A DNA stretch of 64,000 bases from an uncultured archaeon. Lineage in GTDB: Archaea > Aenigmatarchaeota > Aenigmatarchaeia > PWEA01 > JAGHBM01. The stretch's first letter is position 1. Each line of letters starts with the position of its first letter. The stretch spans positions 1 to 64,000 of the forward strand of contig CAZOZN010000004.1 in NCBI GenBank assembly GCA_964584335.1, written 5' to 3'. The notes below the pieces were generated by a model. The model searched no databases. It worked only from the letters and a program-made list of their open reading frames with translations, and was not told the origin of the DNA. Below, piece after piece: positions 18,905 to 29,116 of the stretch. Both the position numbers and the translations under genes were made by a program.

Positions 18905-19705
18905 TTAAAGTTTTCTATGGTTTATTTTTCTCAATAAAAGCATATTGCTCAATAAGGACAAAACAAGTATTGAGAAGGCAATTAAAAACAAAACAAATCC
19001 GTATTTATCCCATAAATATTCTTCCTTTTTTAGCGTAAGATTTACTTTTTTTGATGAATAACCCTCCGGAGATATGGCCTGTATGGTTATTGTTTCACTG
19101 GACCATACAGAGGGCTCGTATTCGATTATCTTTTTTATTTCTTTTTCGTTTTTTATTTCCTTTATTTCTTCGCCACTAAAAATCCAACCCAGCGGGTAAT
19201 CGGTAGGTATTAATATTATTTTTTCCACCGTTTCATTTGATTCTAATTTTACCTCTATTTTATTTTCAGGTAAATTTTTTGCTTCAAGTTTTATTTTTTC
19301 TTTTGTTTTCATTAGCGAGTTTACTGTAAAGTTTACTTTTTGGCTTTCCATTATCCCGTTACAGTGGTGCACAAAGAGTTGTGCTGTATAATTTCCCTTT
19401 TCTTCGGGCATCCAAAATATTTCGAAGTGGTCGCTGGAACCTGAAAACATTTTTTTCTCTTTTGACCAGAGAGATTCCTTATATTTACCTTCTTTGTTTA
19501 TCTTCAATTCCATTCTGCTCATGCAGTTAACGGATTTAGTGTTGTACCACTGTATCGAGAATTTCTTTACCGGACCCATCTCTTCAAATCCAAAATACTC
19601 TATGTCACCCCCTATCAGTCCTGTTATATTGACATCTATTTTGGGGGCAACTGAAAAAGATGGTATTAGAAGAACAAAAATAATTATAATTAATATTTTT
19701 TTCAT
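18905..19705 (-). CDS. Exported Ig-like protein with C-terminal TM anchor
   Basis: Signal peptide, W.P...GNYTA Ig-like motif, C-terminal hydrophobic helix and basic tail. Confidence 0.8.
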   Translation of the reverse strand: MKKILIIIIFVLLIPSFSVAPKIDVNITGLIGGDIEYFGFEEMGPVKKFSIQWYNTKSVNCMSRMELKINKEGKYKESLWSKEKKMFSGSSDHFEIFWMPEEKGNYTAQLFVHHCNGIMESQKVNFTVNSLMKTKEKIKLEAKNLPENKIEVKLESNETVEKIILIPTDYPLGWIFSGEEIKEIKNEKEIKKIIEYEPSVWSSETITIQAISPEGYSSKKVNLTLKKEEYLWDKYGFVLFLIAFSILVLSLLSNMLLLRKINHRKL

Positions 19706-20202
19706 AAAATCATCCTCAGAATTTTTTCAGAGAAAAAGTTTTTTGGTATTATGTTTCTTATAAGGAGCGTGCCGGTAAAATTACCTTCCTCAGTACCGTT
19801 AAATAATATTCTTATTTTCTTTTCTTCATTTTCTACGAAAATGTGTTCAGGGAAATCCATGAATTCTGTTATATTGCCAAATGAATGAATTTCTATTTTT
19901 GCCGGTCTGTTTGAATTTACGTTTATGTATTTTCTTGAGTATGCCTTTAAAGGTATTCTACCGAAATTAATTTCATTTGTCTGACCTGCTATTCCCAGAG
20001 GTATTGTTTCATTTTCCATTTTAACGACCATTCCTGATAAGGGATAATAAGTTTTTTCTTCCCTGAACATTATGTTCTCAGATGATTCAAAACTCATATT
20101 TTCTGATATAATTCCTGCGGGAGTGACTGGAAGATAATAAAGGAATAAAGAAATAATTAAAATAGGCATTACAATGAGTGGTGCCAAGTATATTTTTTTC
20201 AT
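19702..20202 (-). CDS. N-terminally anchored single-domain pilin/Ig-like protein
   Basis: N-terminal TM; EINFGRIP...KYINVN...GNFTGTLLI; ATGA overlap with the next gene. Confidence 0.78.
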   Translation of the reverse strand: MKKIYLAPLIVMPILIISLFLYYLPVTPAGIISENMSFESSENIMFREEKTYYPLSGMVVKMENETIPLGIAGQTNEINFGRIPLKAYSRKYINVNSNRPAKIEIHSFGNITEFMDFPEHIFVENEEKKIRILFNGTEEGNFTGTLLIRNIIPKNFFSEKILRMIL

Positions 20203-20218
20203 TTCTTCACCGATAAAA

Positions 20219-21178
20219 TTATCTCTTTTTCCAGTAGAGGTAAAGTAATATCACGCCAATTATAAGTATTATTATCCACCAAGGAAAGTCTTCTTTGCTT
20301 TCAAGTATTCTTGTCGTGACTCCTGTTCTTGGTATGGTTACCATTCCTTCTTTAGTGACTTCGCCAGTAAGGTAGTCCACCGTAGCTTCCACTTTAATTG
20401 TCTTTTGCTTATTTCTGTTTTTGTCAATCCAATATACTTTCAATATCCCGGTGCTCTTTGGAGGAATTTTTACATAATTACCTGTATAAGTTCCAATGTA
20501 ATGTCCCGTTTCATTATAAACCTTAAGTGACGAAACTCTGGCACTTATAGTGACTGTACCCGTGTTCCTAAAAAGGACGTCTACTTCTGCTTTGTTTTCC
20601 GTTCTTGAACCCGCCATACCTTCAATCACACCGCTTCTTGTTGCCTTTCCGGGTATCTGGAATATGAATACAGGCCTGGTTACGCCTATTGTTGATACAC
20701 CAGACCCGCTACCCCCGCTCAACTTGGGGGTCAAAACCACCTCAAAAGAATGATAACCAGGTTCTGCGTCTTCAGGGACATCAAGTGTAAATGTGGCTTT
20801 TTCGTTGGCATTTATTATCGTGCCGTCCGGAAACCTGACCTGGAAAGAATCCATATCCGAGACGACTATTTTGCTTCTTATAAAATCTATCCAGTCTTCT
20901 ATACTTTCCTCTGAGGCCTCTGCAGGTATGAAGGTATATCTTCCCGTAACATTTTTATCGTACATGGATTTTTTACCCTCTCTAAATCCCAGTGTTGTAA
21001 TCATATCCTTTTTCGAGTTTGTAAGCAAGTAAAAATCAACAGCGTAACTTTTACCTCTGTCAAGCTTTCCTATCTCCATCACACCCGGAGCCGCGCCGAG
21101 AGACAGAGCTTTTACCTGACTAAAAAGAATTATAAAAACGGCTATAAATGAAAAAACAAAGATAGTTTTTTTATACAT
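20219..21178 (-). CDS. Membrane-anchored two-Ig-domain protein, DUF916/DUF3324 (WxL-interacting)/pilus-chaperone-like
   Basis: LGAAP..WIDF..ATFTLDVPEDAEPG..VLFRNTGTV..IPPKS..W..FPWWIIILII..WKKR architecture. The CDS is secure; the family call is from motif recall only. Confidence 0.7.
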   Translation of the reverse strand: MYKKTIFVFSFIAVFIILFSQVKALSLGAAPGVMEIGKLDRGKSYAVDFYLLTNSKKDMITTLGFREGKKSMYDKNVTGRYTFIPAEASEESIEDWIDFIRSKIVVSDMDSFQVRFPDGTIINANEKATFTLDVPEDAEPGYHSFEVVLTPKLSGGSGSGVSTIGVTRPVFIFQIPGKATRSGVIEGMAGSRTENKAEVDVLFRNTGTVTISARVSSLKVYNETGHYIGTYTGNYVKIPPKSTGILKVYWIDKNRNKQKTIKVEATVDYLTGEVTKEGMVTIPRTGVTTRILESKEDFPWWIIILIIGVILLYLYWKKR

Positions 21179-21265
21179 TTTTAATCACTCAGGCTTTAGA
21201 ATAATTTATATGGATGTATAAATATACTTATATATTAAGATATTAAATATTTATTCGGGGGTAAC

Positions 21266-22030
21266 ATGAGAAAGATAATAAGCGTTGTTTCTGGTAAGGG
21301 TGGAGTAGGTAAAACCGCTACAGCTTCAAATTTAGCTCTCGCCCTTCAGGAATTTGGTGAAAAAGTTATAGCAATAGATTGTGATGTAGCCGGTTCCAAT
21401 CTCGCTCTTCATTTAGACTTACATCCTAACCCAGAGAGAAGCCTTCAAAGTGCTCTTGAGGGAACAAAGAATGCTATAGAGGCAATAACTCTACACCCGA
21501 CAGGATTAATGGTCATGCCTTCCAAGCATGCCATAAAGGATGATATAATAAATTATAACAAATTCAAAAAAATATTGAACAGATTGGATGGAGTGGTAAT
21601 AATAGATGCGCCTCCAGGCCTTAATGAAAACTTATATACCATAATAGACCTTTCAGACGAAGTAATAGTAGTGACAAATCCCGAAATACCTGCTGTTGCC
21701 GATGCTATCAAAATTGTGGAGGTAGTCAAGAAGAAAAAGGGCGATACCGAGAACTGTTGGTGTGTACTGGCAAAGGCAGATGAGGTCAAAGACCAGTTAA
21801 ACGAGGGTGAAATAGAGATGGCTTTGGAGATACCAATAGTATCGAGAATACCTTACGACAGAGAATTGAAGAGAAGTATATTTGAGAGAGTTCCTGTGGT
21901 CAGATATAATAATTATTCGTCATCAGCTATAGAGTACAAGAAGCTTGCGGCATGGCTAGTAAACCAGAATTATGAACCCCCTAAATATGCTTCGTTAATG
22001 AGGTTAATGGGAAAGTTAAGAGGCAGATAG
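21266..22030 (+). CDS. minD: MinD/ParA-family ATPase
   Basis: Deviant Walker A SGKGGVGKT, IDCD, IIDAPPG, VVTNPE, IPYD, C-terminal amphipathic LMRLMGKL. Confidence 0.9.
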   Translation: MRKIISVVSGKGGVGKTATASNLALALQEFGEKVIAIDCDVAGSNLALHLDLHPNPERSLQSALEGTKNAIEAITLHPTGLMVMPSKHAIKDDIINYNKFKKILNRLDGVVIIDAPPGLNENLYTIIDLSDEVIVVTNPEIPAVADAIKIVEVVKKKKGDTENCWCVLAKADEVKDQLNEGEIEMALEIPIVSRIPYDRELKRSIFERVPVVRYNNYSSSAIEYKKLAAWLVNQNYEPPKYASLMRLMGKLRGR

Positions 22031-22034
22031 AAAA

Positions 22035-24572
22035 ATGAAGTTAAGTAAGTTTGCATTAATGTTAATCTTAGTCTTATTCTTTTCTCCTAGTGTTATCGCT
22101 GTAAGTATATCTGACATGTCTTTGGAATTTAATGAAAGGTATATAAACGATGGAAACTTCCTTTCGTCTTTTAAATGCAACGGTGATGATTACACTGGTG
22201 CAAAGATAAATATAACTAAAGGCGATTGGTGGTACTCGCCTTCCGGTTTTACTGAGACACCCTTAGGCGGAAATGAAACTCAGATAGCTTACAATATAAA
22301 TCCGGGTTCTCTTGACGGAACTGGTGTCTACCATTTCACAGGTGTCTGTTTAGGCAACAATACAGACAGCACGTCATCTAATTTTGATATATACAGTTAT
22401 GAAATTGAAATAATTTCACCGTCTTCAACGGTTGATGTTGTCCAGGGAGATTACGTAAATACGATTTTTACTTTCAAGAAGATAATAGGAACCTCGGAAC
22501 AGAATGTTGATAACGCAAAGTTTAATGTTATACTATCCAGAAGTGGCCAGGAGTTTCTTTTATCTAACAGCAAAACTCCGGACCAAGTAAGCGGAAATCT
22601 GGAAATAAGTTCTTTTGTATCCTACATACCCAATAACGATTTTTATGGTCTTAATGACTTGATTGTAGAGTACAGTTCAAAACCCAATATAAAGGATACA
22701 GCATCAAATAAGATAAACATAAGAAATGCATTTGAAATTTCTTTTGAAGACCCATATCCTCTTCAAATGAGTGAGGGTGGTAGTATAGATGTTCCAGTTC
22801 TAATAACTTCTCCTATAATTGACACAAGCAATCTTTATGAGCTTTCTTTTAATGTGAAAATAGGAGGTTCACAAGAAACAATATCATCCAGTGATATGCC
22901 CCCATGTTCTAAGAACGGAGACGGAGTTTACAGATGTGTTTTGCCTGTTTCAGTACCAGAAAAATCTGCGGGTAATTACGACCTCAAAATAGAAGGCAAT
23001 TTCCAGTCTTATTATGACGAAATATCAAAAGACCTATATTTCACAATACCTTTTATGGGAACGCTTACTTATGCTTCCGGTCAGATAGTTGATGCGGAAA
23101 TTGAGCTGCACAATTTGGACACAGGAAAATGGTACAGAACTGATGTTAACAGTGGAACCGGGAAGTATTCTTTGGAAATTTTGCCGGGTAACTACAGGTT
23201 GAAGATAACTTCCCCGCAGATAGAAAGGCTTGAGTTGGACGGACTTTATATAGGGGAAGAAGATGAGATGATAACTTCAAACAGTCCAATGTCCTTGGAT
23301 AGCTTTATCGGGGGAGGTACTATAGCCGGAATAAATTCGGTAAAACTTGTTGTTTTTCAGTTCGCTTTAGAATTTGATGAATCCCAGATATGGTTAAAGT
23401 ATGATGATATAGATGTTACCGGTAGTGAGAACGACCTTGAACTTTATTCATGTCACGATTGGAACTACGGCAAGAGAGAATGTAATGGTGATTGGGATAC
23501 AGTGCCTTTTTCAATAAACAAAGTAACCAATATAATAAATTTCAATGTGACTGAATTTTCTGCTTTTATACTCGGAAACAAAAAGAAAACTTCTCTAGAG
23601 GTTACAATGGACAAGGATAAATACTATGCTAGGGATCAGGTAACTTTTACCGGTAATGTTATAGATAATAAAGACGCCTCTTCAATAGAAAACGCCAAGG
23701 TTAGTTACAGAATAAAGGATACACCTCTTAGTGGTTTTACATACACCGATGAAAGAGGTCATTTTGTGGCTTCTGATTTGATAGCCCCTTCAGATGAAGG
23801 AGCTTATACAATGGAGATAACAGTAGAGAAAAATCCTTTCAAACCCATAACAGCAACTCATATAATAAAGGTAGAAAAGAAGAAGGAATTTAGTGTGGTT
23901 GTTCCAGAAGAGGTAAGGGTGGACCTTGACAAGAGTGTACAGGAAAAAATAAATATAATAAATACCGGGCAAAAAGATTTTGGTTCTATAAGCGTTAGTG
24001 CAAGAGGAATATCTACAGACTGGTATAGCATAGTTCCCATGACTATAAACAATCTTTCTGTTGGTTCCGAGAAATCGGTCAGTATTAATTTCAAGGTGCC
24101 TTCAGAATATTGTGAAGAAGAGTGCAAGATTTATCATTTTGTAGACGTCATCGCGAAATCTGATGACGGTTATGAAACTATAAAATCATTTACATTCAGA
24201 ATAAATGAAAACGTAACTACTGTATCTTCAGACAATTTTTCTTTACCATCAATACCTACAGGAAATATAGTAGGCAGCATATCAAATCCTTATGTGGCAG
24301 TCATAGTCTTTATTGTTTTGGTTTTTATTGTACTTTTCTTTTTGAAGAGAAAAAAATCTTCCGGTATAAAATATAACAATAACAGCTTTGTGAGCAGGAA
24401 GAAATTTAAAGGCGGCAATCTAAGTCCGCCTACTTTCTTCAAGAAAGGTGGTTACGAGAACCCTTCAAATAATGCCCCATACAGAAGCAAATATAAAAGA
24501 GCCAAAACTCCGAGAGAGTCTGTTGTGCCTGTCTTATACAGAGTGAAAAACAGTTCTAAAGATTGGAAATGA
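22035..24572 (+). CDS. 845-aa multi-Ig-domain cell-surface protein with C-terminal TM and basic cytoplasmic tail
   Basis: Signal peptide, GxY Ig motifs, PGF-pre-PGF-like module ending FNVTEFSAF, INTG (NEW3/CARDB-like), TM near residue 755-775. Confidence 0.85.
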   Translation: MKLSKFALMLILVLFFSPSVIAVSISDMSLEFNERYINDGNFLSSFKCNGDDYTGAKINITKGDWWYSPSGFTETPLGGNETQIAYNINPGSLDGTGVYHFTGVCLGNNTDSTSSNFDIYSYEIEIISPSSTVDVVQGDYVNTIFTFKKIIGTSEQNVDNAKFNVILSRSGQEFLLSNSKTPDQVSGNLEISSFVSYIPNNDFYGLNDLIVEYSSKPNIKDTASNKINIRNAFEISFEDPYPLQMSEGGSIDVPVLITSPIIDTSNLYELSFNVKIGGSQETISSSDMPPCSKNGDGVYRCVLPVSVPEKSAGNYDLKIEGNFQSYYDEISKDLYFTIPFMGTLTYASGQIVDAEIELHNLDTGKWYRTDVNSGTGKYSLEILPGNYRLKITSPQIERLELDGLYIGEEDEMITSNSPMSLDSFIGGGTIAGINSVKLVVFQFALEFDESQIWLKYDDIDVTGSENDLELYSCHDWNYGKRECNGDWDTVPFSINKVTNIINFNVTEFSAFILGNKKKTSLEVTMDKDKYYARDQVTFTGNVIDNKDASSIENAKVSYRIKDTPLSGFTYTDERGHFVASDLIAPSDEGAYTMEITVEKNPFKPITATHIIKVEKKKEFSVVVPEEVRVDLDKSVQEKINIINTGQKDFGSISVSARGISTDWYSIVPMTINNLSVGSEKSVSINFKVPSEYCEEECKIYHFVDVIAKSDDGYETIKSFTFRINENVTTVSSDNFSLPSIPTGNIVGSISNPYVAVIVFIVLVFIVLFFLKRKKSSGIKYNNNSFVSRKKFKGGNLSPPTFFKKGGYENPSNNAPYRSKYKRAKTPRESVVPVLYRVKNSSKDWK

Positions 24573-24575
24573 TAT

Positions 24576-25589
24576 TCAGGGTAGAGTTTTGTATTTTGTT
24601 GCACCAAGCGCCCATTCTATTAATAATAATATAGCTGCTATTGCCAGTAAATAAAATGTCGGTTCCAATGTTATTATATTATCTTTAAGAACTACCTGTT
24701 TGTATATATTTTCTAGTTCCTCTTTTTTATCAGCTCTATAAAAGGAGCCCCCTGTAGAATTGGATAAATAGTTTAATGTTTCTTCATCGTAAGATTCCTG
24801 TGTGGATATAGTCATTGTGCCGTTTATGTCCCTGTAACTTTCAGGTATTTCAAATTCAGTTTCATTTGTTTTTGTACCAATTCCAACTGTGAATATGGTT
24901 ATATTTTTTTCTAGAGCAAAATTCAGTGACTCGTTTATTCCTACACCGGCATTGTTTTTACCGTCTGTTATTATTATCATTATCTTTTTTTTGCTTGAAT
25001 CTTTCAGTTCGTTTGCACCAAGTATTATTGCATCTCCTATTGCTGTCCCACCAGCTTCACCATAACTTATATTTTTTATGCAGTTACTCAGTTTTTCCTT
25101 GTCCTTAGTTAGTTCACAGGGAAGGTTTGTTTCTCCCGAAAACTCTAGAAGTCCCATGCCAGTTTGCTTGGGCAGGTTTTCTAAAAGACCTATACTAGCT
25201 TCTTTTGCGGCTTCAAGCCGAGTCGGCTTGACATCAGGGTTGAGCATACTGGATGAAGTGTCTATACCAATTATAAAATCAGCATCACTTTCATAACCTC
25301 TGAAGGTTACTGTAAAATCTGATATAGAGAATATTACCATACTCAATACCAAAATTCTTAGTATCAAAGGCAGCAGATTTCTTTCTCTTGCTGCACCCTT
25401 TCCCATTAGTTTCTCCAGTATCTCATAATTTGAAAAATTTATCGCCCTTTTTTCACTTCTTTTTATGGTAAGTATGTGTATAAGAACTGCTATTGCTATT
25501 ACTATCAGCAGCAGATTAAGATTTTTATATGATATGGATGCATCATAAAAAGTTATATCTAATAGGGGTATGTTAAACATACTAACCAC
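24576..25589 (-). CDS. Membrane vWA-domain protein, BatA-like
   Basis: MIDAS DTSSSM, TRLEAAK, GGTAIGDAI, ITDG; two N-terminal TMs and one C-terminal TM. Confidence 0.9.
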   Translation of the reverse strand: MVSMFNIPLLDITFYDASISYKNLNLLLIVIAIAVLIHILTIKRSEKRAINFSNYEILEKLMGKGAARERNLLPLILRILVLSMVIFSISDFTVTFRGYESDADFIIGIDTSSSMLNPDVKPTRLEAAKEASIGLLENLPKQTGMGLLEFSGETNLPCELTKDKEKLSNCIKNISYGEAGGTAIGDAIILGANELKDSSKKKIMIIITDGKNNAGVGINESLNFALEKNITIFTVGIGTKTNETEFEIPESYRDINGTMTISTQESYDEETLNYLSNSTGGSFYRADKKEELENIYKQVVLKDNIITLEPTFYLLAIAAILLLIEWALGATKYKTLP

Positions 25590-25597
25590 TTATTATT

Positions 25598-26884
25598 TTA
25601 TCCAAGGTCATTTATTACTCTCTCTGCTAGTTCTCTTGCTTCTTGGAAGTTTATTCTCACTTCATCTTTGTATTCCTGTATATGCATATTCTTATAGAAC
25701 TCTATTATCTGGTCTATATAGTCCAAAGGCAGGTGGAATTTTTTTATTTTTTCTATTAGTTCAAGATAGGTCAATTCTTTTTTGCATTTTATCTTTATTT
25801 CCAGAAATTGTTTTAGTACGTGAGCAACAACAACAGACGCCTTGTCGTAGTCATCAATTTTGTCGCTTTTGTATAAGTTTTCAAGTGCTGCTTCTTTTAG
25901 AGTCTTTTTCTTTTTCACTTCTTTCTTCTTTTTGTTCTTAATCAATGAACCGAAAAGTTTTGGTTTTTTCTTCTCCTTTTTTTCTTCTTTTTCTTCTATC
26001 TTTAGGAAGTCTTTTTTTAGATTTGTTAAATTAAGTTCCTTTATAAGTTTTTCACCTTTCTTTATTTCTTTACTTTTTTTTGTTTTAGTATTTAATTCCT
26101 TTTCTTTTTCACCTTTCTTTTCTTTGCTTTGTTTTAAGTTTTTGTTCATATCATTTTCCATTTCATCTAAGTTTAAGTTCTTTTTTACTTTTGGTTTTTT
26201 GTCCATCTCTTTTTCCATTTCTTCCAACTTTTTTTCTATCAGAGGAACTGCAAGATTGCTTACCTCTATCTTTTTATCATCTTTTTTTGATTCATCTATG
26301 ATTGATAGGTCCATCACGAGCTTTAGCTCTGACCCTTTCTTTATTTTGTTAACTTCTTTTTTTGTGAACATTTCCTTAAGTTCTTCAGGTTTTATCTCAG
26401 CACAGGAGTTTTTCACCTTTATTTTGGTTTTGTTTTCATCCAAGTATTTTATTTTGTTCATTTCAAATATTTTTTTATCTTGTTTCGAGAAATTACCAAT
26501 AACCAGTTTCGGTTTGAGTGATATCAAAAAATTAAGAAAAGTCCTTTGGCTTTTTTTTGTGTAAATTATTTCTCCCCTAAAATCTATTACCTTTTTAAGT
26601 TCTTTGGCGTGTTTTATGTCGTTTATTTTTATTACCGGTATGTTACCTTTTTTTCTTATATTCTCCATCTTTTGAAGTACTTTTATTCCTTCCCTTATGT
26701 CATATACGTCTTTTCCGCCTATCTTTATTTTTTCAACCATTTTTTCTAATTTACCTATAATAGAAGTCCTTTGATGAATAACCTTTCCAACACACTCTAT
26801 CTTTATGTGAGTATCTAGTTCTTTTTCGCTGTCAAAATCCAGGCCACAGTACTTACATTTGAATTTTTTTTGCTCTTTTTCCAT
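25598..26884 (-). CDS. Lys/Glu-rich hypothetical protein with N-terminal C2HC zinc finger
   Basis: FKCKYCGLDFDSEKELDTHIKIEC; C-terminal LKQFLE..ELTYLELI helical domain. Confidence 0.75.
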   Translation of the reverse strand: MEKEQKKFKCKYCGLDFDSEKELDTHIKIECVGKVIHQRTSIIGKLEKMVEKIKIGGKDVYDIREGIKVLQKMENIRKKGNIPVIKINDIKHAKELKKVIDFRGEIIYTKKSQRTFLNFLISLKPKLVIGNFSKQDKKIFEMNKIKYLDENKTKIKVKNSCAEIKPEELKEMFTKKEVNKIKKGSELKLVMDLSIIDESKKDDKKIEVSNLAVPLIEKKLEEMEKEMDKKPKVKKNLNLDEMENDMNKNLKQSKEKKGEKEKELNTKTKKSKEIKKGEKLIKELNLTNLKKDFLKIEEKEEKKEKKKPKLFGSLIKNKKKKEVKKKKTLKEAALENLYKSDKIDDYDKASVVVAHVLKQFLEIKIKCKKELTYLELIEKIKKFHLPLDYIDQIIEFYKNMHIQEYKDEVRINFQEARELAERVINDLG

Positions 26885-27000
26885 TTAATCACATTTAGTA
26901 AATAGAGGGTGCCCCAATATTTTTTTGATTAGCTTATTTTTAAATCTTTCTTAGTTCTTTATACGTGAATTATTAATTTAAACAAAATTTATTTATTATT

Positions 27001-27555
27001 ATGATAGAAGAAAATCAGAAAAATTTGATTGATAAATTGATTTCAAGAAGAAGCATAAGGGTTTTTGATGATGAGTCGGTCGGCGATGAAAAAATAAAAA
27101 AATTGATAGAAGCCGCAGTTAATGCTCCTTGTGGAGGAGGCAACCAAGTTTGGAGATTTAAAATAATTAGAGACAGAGAGAAAATAGATTTAATAAAAAA
27201 ACAGAATTCTTTTGAGCCAGATTTTATTTATATAGGAAATACGAAATGTTTGATTTGTGTTTTTATTAAACATTTTCCTAAAAGCTTCAATAAAAATAAA
27301 AATGATCCGATAGACAATCCAGATTATGCGACTGGTTTTGCCGGCGTAGAAAATCTTATTTTAGCTGCTCACTTCATGGGATTGGGAGCATGTTGGTACA
27401 AAGCGAATCCAAAGTCAGATCGAAAAATCAAAGAAATTTACGGACTGGATGATGGTTATAAACTTATTGCACTTGTATCTGTTGGCGGTTATAATGAAAG
27501 TGAACAACCAATTGATAAGCCTAAAAGAGAAATACCGGATTATTATATCATATAA
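27001..27555 (+). CDS. Nitroreductase family protein
   Basis: RRSIRVF, AP..GN.Q.WRF, ENLILAAHFMGLGACW. Confidence 0.92.
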   Translation: MIEENQKNLIDKLISRRSIRVFDDESVGDEKIKKLIEAAVNAPCGGGNQVWRFKIIRDREKIDLIKKQNSFEPDFIYIGNTKCLICVFIKHFPKSFNKNKNDPIDNPDYATGFAGVENLILAAHFMGLGACWYKANPKSDRKIKEIYGLDDGYKLIALVSVGGYNESEQPIDKPKREIPDYYII

Positions 27556-29071
27556 GCTTACACATGTAAGGACCATCCAAGTAATAACCAAATTTCCTGT
27601 AGTATTCGCGTACACCTACCCCTGAAGTTATTGCTATTTTTTTCACGCCCTGTTTTTTTGCAATATTTTCAGCTTTCTTTATCAATTTTTCTCCGTAACC
27701 TCTGTGCTGAATATTGCCTTTTTCTCCTATCTCCGCCTCGCTTCCGTATACATGCAATTCTCTTATGATTGCCGAATCTTTTAATTCGTCCCTAAAAACT
27801 TTTCCTGGTATTCTTAATCTTAAAAGTGCTGCCAGCGTGCCTTTTTTTTCGTAAGTCAAGAAGAATTCCTTCCCTCCCGACGAATCATATTCAATAATTT
27901 TTAATTCAAATTCTTTTTCATTATTTCTGTGTCCCACTTCTCTGCATCTTATGCATTTACATTCCCAGCACCTTTTTCTCATTTCCTCATGGACTATTTG
28001 CCTCAGGTTCGAGTTCTTGCAACCTGCCAATATCTCTTTTTTTGGAACATCCCTTTGCAGTCTCATTATCCTAATATATTCGGGGATTCCTTTTTTTATC
28101 CTGCAGATAAGGTCAATAAGCTCTTCATCGGAATAAGGTTTGTATTTGCCTTCTCTCCACAATTTTTCAAGTTCTGAATTTCTGCATACAAGTGTCGGAT
28201 ATAGTTTTATCATATCCGGTCTGAACCTTGGTTCATTGAAAATTTTATTAAACATTTCTAAATCTTTGTCTAAGGTTGAACCGGGCAAGTTAGGCATCAG
28301 ATGATAGCAAATTTTTAGTCCTGAATCTTTAATCATTCTTGTAGATTCCACAACATCACTGACCGAATGGCCTCTTTTCATTTTTTTATATATTATGTCG
28401 TCAGGGTTTTGTACTCCGATTTCTACTCTTGTTGCTCCCAAGCTTAGAATTTTGTTTATTTCTTTTTCTTTCATATAGTCCGGCCTTGTTTCGATTGTAA
28501 GGCCCACACACCTGTGTTTTGCTTTTTCATTTTTTTTCTTTGCATCTTCCAGGCTTTCAGATTCTTCTCCGTTTAGTGCATCGAAACATCTTTTTATGAA
28601 TTCTTTTTGGTAACCGAAGTCCCGACCAGTGAACGTACCTCCCATTACTATGAGTTCTACTTTATCTGTTGGATGACCTATTGCTTCAAGCTGCTGCAGA
28701 CGATTGATGGTTTGTTTGTATGGGTTGAAATCACATCTTATTGCTCTCATTACAGCCGGCTCGTTGTTGGCATAACTCTGCGGAACTTCTTTATTTTTTG
28801 GACAATATACACATGTTCCATGCGGACAATCTTCCGGAGAAGTCATTACCGCTACTATTGTAACACCTGACAGTGTTCTAGAAGGTTTTCTTTGAAGTTT
28901 TTTTAAAAAGTATTTCCGGTTTTTCGCTCTTGATAGTATGAATTCGTTTCCCGGTATTTCTGTACCGTATAATGATGCCAGTCTTGTTTTCAGTTTTTGC
29001 ACGTCTTCTTTTGAAATATCATCTTCTCTTATTTTTTTGAGGACTATTTCTGCTATTTTTTCCTTGCTCAT
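27548..29071 (-). CDS. elp3: tRNA U34 carboxymethyltransferase Elp3 (radical SAM + acetyltransferase)
   Basis: CPHGTCVYCP, MGGTF, ETRPD, RELHVYG, QHRGYG, SGVGVREYYRKFGY. Confidence 0.96.
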   Translation of the reverse strand: MSKEKIAEIVLKKIREDDISKEDVQKLKTRLASLYGTEIPGNEFILSRAKNRKYFLKKLQRKPSRTLSGVTIVAVMTSPEDCPHGTCVYCPKNKEVPQSYANNEPAVMRAIRCDFNPYKQTINRLQQLEAIGHPTDKVELIVMGGTFTGRDFGYQKEFIKRCFDALNGEESESLEDAKKKNEKAKHRCVGLTIETRPDYMKEKEINKILSLGATRVEIGVQNPDDIIYKKMKRGHSVSDVVESTRMIKDSGLKICYHLMPNLPGSTLDKDLEMFNKIFNEPRFRPDMIKLYPTLVCRNSELEKLWREGKYKPYSDEELIDLICRIKKGIPEYIRIMRLQRDVPKKEILAGCKNSNLRQIVHEEMRKRCWECKCIRCREVGHRNNEKEFELKIIEYDSSGGKEFFLTYEKKGTLAALLRLRIPGKVFRDELKDSAIIRELHVYGSEAEIGEKGNIQHRGYGEKLIKKAENIAKKQGVKKIAITSGVGVREYYRKFGYYLDGPYMCKLI

Positions 29072-29116
29072 AGATTAAATACTTAGGATTAAATTCTTAA
29101 ATGTGGTGTTATAAAC

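Noticed and set aside
25860-26564. 234-aa Phe/Ser-rich + strand ORF
   Set aside because: Antisense mirror of the Lys/Glu-rich minus-strand gene.
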